NCBI RefSeq assembly: GCF_006345805.1
Contig: NC_043020.1
Span: forward strand, 24,118,001-24,182,000
Direction: 5' to 3'
Length of the DNA: 64,000 nt
Origin: Octopus sinensis
Lineage: Eukaryota
Position numbers and translations under genes: made by a program. Positions 55,049 to 64,000 of the stretch are shown piece by piece. Under the pieces are notes generated by a model. The model had not been told where the DNA came from and ran no database searches. It saw only the letters and a list, made by a program, of their open reading frames with translations. The first letter of the stretch is position 1. Every line of letters begins with the position of its first letter.

Positions 55049-56316
55049 GATGTGTTTGTGTGTGACATATGCATATGCACGTATATATGTATGAGTATAT
55101 ATATATATATATATGCATATATGTACGTGTAACTATATACGTATATATATGTGTGTGCGTATATATATATATACATATATATATACATATATATATACAT
55201 ATATGTATGTCTAAGTATATACGTATATATGTGTGTATATGTGTATATGTATGTATATATATATATATGTGTGTATATACATGTATGTATATGTATGTGT
55301 ATATATATGTATATGTATGTGTATGTATGTATATGTCTATATACATGCATGTATGTATATATATATGTTTGTATGTATATATATATATATGCATATATAT
55401 GTTTATCTGTGTATATATGTATATATGTATATATATACATATGTAATATGCGACTGTCTACCACACGGTCTCCACCTCCCAAATTCACTCAGAAATAAGT
55501 GGTTGGCCTGGGGCCATAGTAGGAGACACTTGCCCGAGGTACCGCGAAGTGATACTGAACTCGGCATGATGTGGTCGTGAAGCGAGCTCCTTAACAACAG
55601 CGCTATACTTATGACATGTGTCTATTCGGATGTTAGAAGAGAGTCATATAAGTTAACTTCCGCTATATACCTTCCTCCCTGTTACCCGCTAAAATTTCTC
55701 CGAACGCCATCTCCCCCCCCCCCAGCATTTCTCGCCAACGTACCCGGCGACATTCACCATAAGCTTTTACCTCGTAAATCTTAATTTCTCTTTTCGTACC
55801 CGCGTATTTTCTGATAAACACAAACTGAAGCCAAGTATGCAACTCCATGTATCAACAATCCCAACTGTAATGGCTTAAGTTACCAATACTTGAAGCTTTT
55901 ATGCTATTTTGGCAGCCAATGGTATATTTTCATTCCAAGTATATCATGTACTTTTAAAGTCCTTAAATTATACATCCTTGAATCTGTAAAACTTGTTTAA
56001 TTCCATAAATCTCAACAAATATATTTGCATCTCCCTAAAATATTTTTAGTAGGCTGAAACTGATAATCTTTTTACAATACTTAAAATTCTTTAAACGTTT
56101 TTAGCTTACACTAATTTTCTAATTCACACTAATGCGCGGATACTCCTATTTAATTTAATTATTTAAGTAAATTTAATATACGTATTGTGTCTAAGGTCCT
56201 GAGGTCTAAGAGAAGGGTTAATCTTCACGCATGTTGCAGAGACCAATCGGGTATGTGGACGTACCCTGTTGTCACGTGGCTGTGGACCTGGTGGATGAAC
56301 TCAGGAGAGTGGTGTT

Positions 56317-56351
<35 letters not shown>

Positions 56352-56482
56352 TTATTTCGTGAACATCACGAAGCGATGTGTACTTTTCCCAAACCTCATT
56401 TGTAGTCATGTGACCTCTGATGACTGTGAAGTCCGATTCTGGAGAGACAGATATGTCCGCAGGTGGAGCATGTAAAGTCTTG
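56317..56482 (-). mobile_element. 5'-truncated RTE-like LINE 3' end (C2H2-like tip plus (ATG)n tail)
   Basis: Minus 56482 to 56396: QDFTCSTCGHICLSRIGLHSHQRSHDYK*, the CxxCGRxCxSRIGLxSHxRxH terminus of RTE ORF2. A short 3' UTR and (GAT)n follow. Confidence 0.75.
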
Positions 56483-56852
56483 CTAGAGTAAAAATGTTAA
56501 TAAATTTGCCAAGTTTACCAGGTAACCACGGCTGTGAGTGTTTAAAGGTACATCATTATATTATATATACTCGCTACATTCTCTAAGGAGCAAAAAGCTC
56601 TATAAGATAATCGCTCGATCTTTTGTAATCCACTCAGTTGCTAAATCTATAACCTACCCACGAATTACCAAATATTTTCACCATGCACAACATAGCCTCT
56701 GAAATACGAAGAGAGCGAGAGAGATGCGGAGAGGTTACAAAAGTTAATTCTATTTTGCAACTCTCCTCTCCCTCAACAACGAAATTCAAACCTGAATGTC
56801 TACAGGGTATAATCAATAAGACTTAAGATATGCAATATTCAAATAATACGAT

Positions 56853-57221
56853 TATTCTTTTCTAATCTAGGTTCAAGGGGCGAAATTTTGGGAGAGGGGG
56901 CAAGTCGATTAAATCGACCCCAGTGCGTAACTGGTACTTATTTAATCGACCCCGAAAGGATGAAAGGCAAAGTCGACCTCGGCAGAATTTGAACTCAGAC
57001 CGTAAAGACAGGCGAAATACCTATTTCTTTACTACCCACAAGGGGCTAAACACAGAGGGGACAAACAAGGACAGACAAACGGATTAAGTAGATTATATCG
57101 ACCCCTGTGCATAACTGGTACTTATTTAATCGACCCCGAAAGGATGAAAGGCAAAGTCGACCTCGGCGGAATTTGAACACGGAACGTTGCGGCAGACGAA
57201 ATACCGCTAAGCATTTCGCCC
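56853..57221 (-). mobile_element. SINE family A dimer
   Basis: Two well-preserved cores joined at cgaaatacc|tatttctttactacccac (57013-21). Confidence 0.85.
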
Positions 57222-57371
57222 GTGTTTCGCATTATCAGTCAGTGTTTTCAAACCTCACAACACAATAAAAATTGATGTTTTTACTTCCAATTCATACGCC
57301 TGGATTAAGGGGACGTTTCCATAAAATAATGATGATACGAGTATGTATGTGCATGTGTGTGTGTTTTCATG

Positions 57372-57407
<36 letters not shown>

Positions 57408-58015
57408 GTATTATATATCCCTTATGGTCGATCTTACCAATGAGTTTCGCACTAGGATTTTCAGCGGGATGTTGGATAACAGCCCTATTATGTATCTCTG
57501 GGTCTTTAGAGCTGAGGGTTAGCCTTATCAATCGGGTTCGAACTACGAGTTCAACGGGATATTAAGTAACAGCCCGACTATGTAAGCCTGCTCTATTAAA
57601 AGTTAGCAGTTACATTGGGCATTGTGTGTGAGTTGTCCCTCAAGTTAGAGAGAAAGCACACTCTAAAAGAATTTTAAGCAGTTATACTTATGTAGTCGAG
57701 TGGAAGCGAAACCAACAGTTGCTTTCCGATCGGTTATATGCCATAACCAAGATTGCACTTCCTACGCTGCATAAAACATATATAAAAGTTAGATGTGTGT
57801 GTGGATGTATTAAATATCCATATTGACTATCAGTCCAATCCTATCGCTTTTATCTCGGTTCTGATATTAAAAATAGTTTTAGAATGAAGAAAATGTTTTC
57901 TTTTACGTATCAAATGTAAGTTTCTACTAATTAAGAAAACACATGCACCTCAGGTACACGCTTGCACAAAATCTGATGCAGATATAATAAACGTATATAT
58001 GCATACAAGCATGTG

Positions 58016-58048
<33 letters not shown>

Positions 58049-58793
58049 TTGCGTGAATACGACCTACATGCTTACGTATACAATTGTATCTATGTGCAAT
58101 ATGTATGCAGTTAATTGTGTACGTATGTATGTAATACATATGCGCACCCAAACACCCAATCCAGCCAAGTCTTCTATTTCTAATCCCTCCAGCATTTTCA
58201 GATCACTTTATTTATGAAACCCACTCAACTAACCTCATAGAAACGGTATAGTTGCCCTTAGCAATGACCCCAGAACAGCACTTGATGTTGAAATGCATAA
58301 ATCAAGGAGACTAGCAGCTGGAGCGGTAACCAGAAACTGTTGACCTCGACTGTCCCCGTCCACCCTCGGTGCTTCTCGAGTGGCAAACTGTTGAATAGCG
58401 CAACCATGGATGTGTGTGCGCGTATGCAATTTATATATATATAAGTGTATGTATGTATGTATATATATATATATATATATGTAATATATTCTCCAACACG
58501 TGTATCTCTAGGAATGTATGTACACGCATATATACACAGACACATGTTTAAGTATGTATGCATCTGCTTGTATATGAACTCGTGTATATACCAAGAAATC
58601 TAATGCTTACAGCTTACAGCTTAGTTTTTTTCTTGGGGCTGGCCGAGTTGGAGCAAATATCAGAATTGAACAGCCGAAATTTGCTATGATGATTCGGTGT
58701 CTGACTGAAGATTGAAGGCTTCGAATGATTTGTCTGTGTTCCGTGTTCGTCCCTTCCTGTATTTCACGTTCATTATATATAAAAACATTCATT

Positions 58794-58848
<55 letters not shown>

Positions 58849-61659
58849 AATATATATATATATATATAATATATATATTTATGTAATATATATATATGTG
58901 TGTGTAGACAAATGAAACTATAAATACATACACATACATGACGTGTGTGTAATTTATGTATGCGTATATATACATGTGTGTGTGTGTGTGTGTGTGTGTA
59001 GGTTCCTTCTTATTACCGCACTCCTTTGTTGCCTTGGTATAGTTTTGAATGCACCAACCACGTGATACGTATATATGTCTTTGTGCGCTGTGTGTAGAAT
59101 CTGAGAACAATCCATAGGACAGTATGGTGAAGGTTTGTTTATATCCGTCACCATGAAATCCCAGGTTCAATCCCGCTGCGCAGCATTTTGTGCATTTGGC
59201 ATTCCAAAATATTCAAGACGACGCAACTTATAAAAAGCATTTTCTAGAAATTCATTGAAGGCAGCCGAATCAGTCTCACAGTTACGGGCTCATATCTTTG
59301 GGATACTCAGCCACTAACTCGTTAACTCAATGAGCATTTGACTCATCATAATATTTCGACAGTGTCAAGCACTTGGAGTTGCTAGCTTTCACGCAGACTG
59401 TCTGGGTTCGATTCCCAGCATGCTAACGCTACTTAGATGAGCAGGCATGCCTGCGGGATAACAGGTTTTCTTCCCAACCATACAGCCTCGAGTTCAGTTC
59501 CACTGCATTACGCGTGAGAAAAATATCTTCTGCAGTATCCCCGAGCAGATGAAGACCTTGTGAGGTTTGGTAGACGGAAACTGAAAGAAGCTCCTCATGT
59601 TATATATATATGTATCGATCTCTGCGTGTGTGTGACATTATGTTTGCGGCCTACTGCTCAGCAAAGGGTGTTGGTATGTTTTGGCAAAAGATCCGATAGA
59701 ATAAGTACCAGACTGAAAGAATACGTACTTGGGTCGATTTGTTAAAGTAAACCCTTCATAGCCATGCCTCAGAACGGCTACGGGTCAATGATTGAAACAA
59801 GTAATATATATATATATGTATATATCAACACAAAAGCATGCGCTGCTCCAATGGCGAATACACTGATTGAAAGCTCTGACATGAAAGCCACAGAAACCGA
59901 TCGGCTGGCCAGACAAATACAATATCCGCGTTTGCGCAGTTTTATGATAATGAATTCACAAAATAAAAATAAAATAAATTAAACAAGTATTTATTTATTT
60001 ATTTATGACTAACGAACCTCTCAGAAAATAATATTTACCATAATATTTAGTTAATGCTCAATATTTGCATATTTCTTATGTGGCTGAATTACTTATCTGA
60101 GAGCGATTATATATTTCATATACGAAACGATGTGTGACAGTTTTATGATAAATAATAGCAGTTTCTGGAATATAGACATACTGACATAATTATTGCTGCA
60201 CACTTTGGTGCAGTTCTTCAAATAAACATTGATTGAAAGTTATTTTATTGCTAATTAAAACCGTAGATAAGATACAGTTAATTTTAAAACTTTAGCTCAT
60301 AAATATTTCATGAATTTAAATTAAAATTTTAATTATGTTTAAGAGGTATATTTTATTGATTATAAAACCATGATTAAATTTTAACATTCTTCCAAATTTT
60401 TCTGTAAATTCTGTTCATTATCTGGAGTAAATAAATTGGTAACGAGATCTGAATCTTTGAATACGAATTCTTTGGAATCTTGGCTGACGCTTTCCACAGC
60501 AAATTTACTATTGCGTTTATTGTATTTGAGATTCTACATATTGTAACGGTAACTCTTGTTCTTTGGTCATTGGACTGCAGTCATTCTGAGCACCGTTTTG
60601 ATGAGCTAAAGTCGAAGAAATCGGCTCTTAGTACCTATGTTTTTCGTTTTTCCTGTTTAAGTCTGGTACCTAAGTTCTGAACTTTGGATAGCACACCACA
60701 TGGCATTTCATACAAAACTCAGCTTTGGGATTCGGATCAAATGTCACGTAGTATTCTATCCAAAACTTCTACGAATATCCCAACACTAGTCTACAATGTA
60801 AACAATATACCACTGAATACTACACAATTAATACATGAAATTAGAACAATTATGGGATAAGCATAAATACTATATAATTAATATATATAATCAGAGCAAT
60901 TATGGGATAAGCATAAATATGTGCGGCATGTTCAAGTATTTTCTTGAGCAATATTTATTGTTTATATAAAGTGAGGCATAAATTATAGCCATAAGGAAGA
61001 ACATAGCTAAAACAGTTTCAATTAACAAGAACAACTCCATTAGAACCATTTCTATGTTTGCTAGCCAACCAAGAAACTCGGTATATAGAGGCTTAATACA
61101 GAATTTTGACCGAAAGTTCTTAAGATCGACTGCAATTCAAGGTAACATGTAGCCTGTTTGTGTTCTGATCCAGATCACCCATGATTGGTTAGATCTGTAA
61201 GAAATGACAATAGTCAAAGAATCTTGTTTATAATTCTGACGTAGTGTATCTAAGATTCCATTATCAAATGTCACTTTCAGTTTTTTAGACAATGGGGTGG
61301 GATTTCAAATCGATACAATTGTTATTTCTTGTAGGTCAAGCGACCGTGTTGTTGTTTTTTTATATGAAGTCAATGTCTTTAAAATTGCAATATATGGACA
61401 GGTGTAGGTGGAAGGTGAGATAAAATAATGAGAAAAATTAAAAATGGTAAAAAGAGTCTCAGAGGAATTTAAACGTTAAATTACTGAGTTTGGTGAAAAT
61501 AGTTACCTTTTTTGTCTTTGGTTACTTCCATTCCTTCTTTTCTCATTAAGTTACTCAATCTGTGAGTGCTGAGCTCAGACAGCGGCAATATGTGGTCCGT
61601 AATTAGATGTCGCAATATTAACTGTAATAGATAAATAGGGAAGATGCAACCGAGAAGAC

Positions 61660-61773
<114 letters not shown>

Positions 61774-62274
61774 ATAAACATTAAATGACATACAACATAA
61801 AAGACTAAAACGTGACGATACAATGGGTAAAGAATAAAAAACAAGTAAATTAAACAAGTAAAACTCCCAATAGTGGAGGCGCCTTAAGGTCCTCATGGAA
61901 AACCCCACAAAAGCCACGGGTGCCTGATCAACAGGGCAACAACCCTTTTATTTCTCACAGATGTATGCTCCAACATTCACCCATCTTCCAACAAGCTTGC
62001 TTGAAAGCAACACTTTCCACCTCACCCTCAACTTCCTTTTCAAGTGATACTTGAAAGAGTTGAGGGCTTGGCTGAGTGTCTGTCTTTAGCCCTTTCAAAC
62101 GGGTCCACCATACTACTTATTTAACTACAGCCACAAGACAAATAAAAATTGCCTACTCCTCCCGGCCAAAAGAAGGCGGCGACGCAATCCTCATGATGGA
62201 TTCAACTGATAGCTGGATCTGTCCTACACTCGACAGCAGGTGTTCGACATAAACCCACAGGTCAGTAATAATAA

Positions 62275-62407
62275 TATTCTACTTTAGGCACCAGGGTTGA
62301 AAATTTGGGGAGGGGAATAGGCGGTTCCATCAACCCCAGTAATTGACGGGTATATATTTTATCGTCTCCGAAAAGCATGAATGGGAAAGTCGACATCGGT
62401 GAAATTT

Positions 62408-62439
<32 letters not shown>

Positions 62440-62831
62440 TCTACTATATGCACAAGGCCTGAAATTTGGGAGAGAGAGATAGTCGATTACATCAACCACA
62501 GTACTTAACTGGTACTTAATTTATCGACCCCCAAAAGGATGAAAGGCAAAGTTGACCTCGGCGGAATTTGAACTCAAAATGTAACGACAGGCGAAATACC
62601 TATTTCTTTACTACCCACAAGGGGCTAAACACAGAGAGGATAAACAAGGACAGACAAACGCATTAAGTCGATTACATCGACCCCAGTGCGTAACTGGTAC
62701 GTATTTAATCGACCCCGAAAGGATGAAAGGCAAGGACGACCTTGGCGGAATTTGAACTCAAAACGTAACGACGGGCGAAATATGGCTACGCATTTCGCCC
62801 GGCGTGCTAACATTTCTGCCAGCTCGCCGCC
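62275..62831 (-). mobile_element. SINE family A dimer (62434-62831) plus an upstream partial unit
   Basis: Same junction at 62592-62600; intact head ggcggcgagctggcagaaatgttagc. Confidence 0.85.
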
Positions 62832-63597
62832 TTCGGTAAAAAAAAAAAAAAAAAAAAAAATAATAATAATAATAATAATAATAATTTTCTAAATAACTTT
62901 TTATATTTTCCTAAGGGTTTCGGGTGATTGTGGCATTACAATTAAGAAATATAATAAAACGTAGGAAATAGGAGAGCTACATGAGGGTCACAAAGGGACC
63001 CTTACACATCCAGTATATCTTTATAGCCAAAAGCATGTGCCGTCTCTCACGTGTGTTCTCTGGCCAATACCCACTTGCTGACAATAGGTTACATTTACTG
63101 GGGCCATACTCACCACTATCAACAGTATTTCAACTATTTTATATCTTAGAAAGTTAATGAGGGCTGAGGCCGTGAAGAAAAAAGTTATACTCAGTTAATT
63201 AACTGTATAATTACATAACCGTTCTTCATCAGAGCCACTTCGTAGCCACACGGATGACGTAGATTGGACCTTCGGGAAGACGCTTTTGGTCCCAAACCTG
63301 ATAATATTTTTTCAATTAAGTAACTGCGTAAGAGCGGTTTCAACACAGGCGGCTCAGAATTAAGATGTGTAGCTATGTAGCATTGCCAACTCAAGTATGT
63401 TTGGAAAGTATTTAAAGCCATGACATGAATTTTTTCAAGAAGAGACAATGGTATCTTTTCCTGAAGTCGACAAGAATCGGTCCAAGATTAACGTTGTTTA
63501 TCACTTGGCTGACAATGACAATTTATGTCATAGGGACGTTCAAGGCTTTGCACGGAAGAAGCATGAAGGGGTGAATAAATTTGACAAAAAGGGAAAT

Positions 63598-63641
<44 letters not shown>

Positions 63642-64000
63642 TTAGAAGGAGTGACGAAGAAGTGGGGGATAGACATAAATTTATTACGTAACATAGTATT
63701 AAACGGGGTCAGAGAGAATGAGACGGAGATTTTAATGATAAAATAATTAAGCGGGAACCAGATCTTGTATGAGGTCAACCATTCCGTATTGACCTCAGTC
63801 TCGCCGGAAACAGTTTCGCAATATTTACTAAGATATACAGGAGTTACTTAATTCAGGAATGAAAAAATCTCACACCAAAAAGATATTTTTAATTTCACGT
63901 AATCGACCAGGTTACCGGATGTTGTTATACAACGCTGGTCACAATGCATTTGGCGTCGTTTTATCTTTCGAATGATGTCACTCCGCTGTCTGGGCGAGCA

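Noticed and set aside
56669-56698. 30-nt candidate micro-exon with a strong polypyrimidine acceptor (minus)
   Set aside because: The phase-1 reading EAMLCMVKIFG is not FAS1-like, and the pyrimidine tract is a (CT)n-like repeat; unsupported without RNA data.
58618-58756. Minus segment containing IFAPT, like the FAS1 H1 motif
   Set aside because: The following residues (RPAPRKK) do not fit H1, the acceptor lacks a pyrimidine tract, and H1 could not directly precede the terminal exon.
63114-63145. Candidate upstream FAS1 micro-exon with GTGAGT donor
   Set aside because: The phase-1 frame needed to join the 48175 exon contains a TGA, and the acceptor is a weak AAG.

Overview
AT-rich, microsatellite-dense animal genomic DNA. 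The SINE families and the (TA)n/(TAA)n/(TATC)n load suggest an octopus/cephalopod genome (inference). Almost all listed ORFs are translations of simple repeats. The one convincing host coding segment is a minus-strand terminal exon (47751-48175) encoding the C-terminal end of a fasciclin (FAS1) domain, an S/T/P/H/R-rich linker and a GPI-signal-like hydrophobic tail; I could not identify its upstream exons in the window. The rest is a patchwork of three tRNA-derived SINE families (one forming fixed-junction head-to-tail multimers), decayed Tc1/mariner elements (a maT/DD37D deletion derivative and two mariner fragments), a Helentron-type non-autonomous element, 3' remnants of R4/Dong-like and RTE-like LINEs, and Penelope-like termini. 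The most interesting signal is a set of unrelated minimal type-I hammerhead-ribozyme-like motifs (about 1848, 15141, 16068/54910, 41653, 42330), several embedded in fold-back inverted duplications. The best case is a twin, mirror-image cassette at 1640-1963. Hammerhead folds were assigned by eye, and repeat coordinates are approximate.
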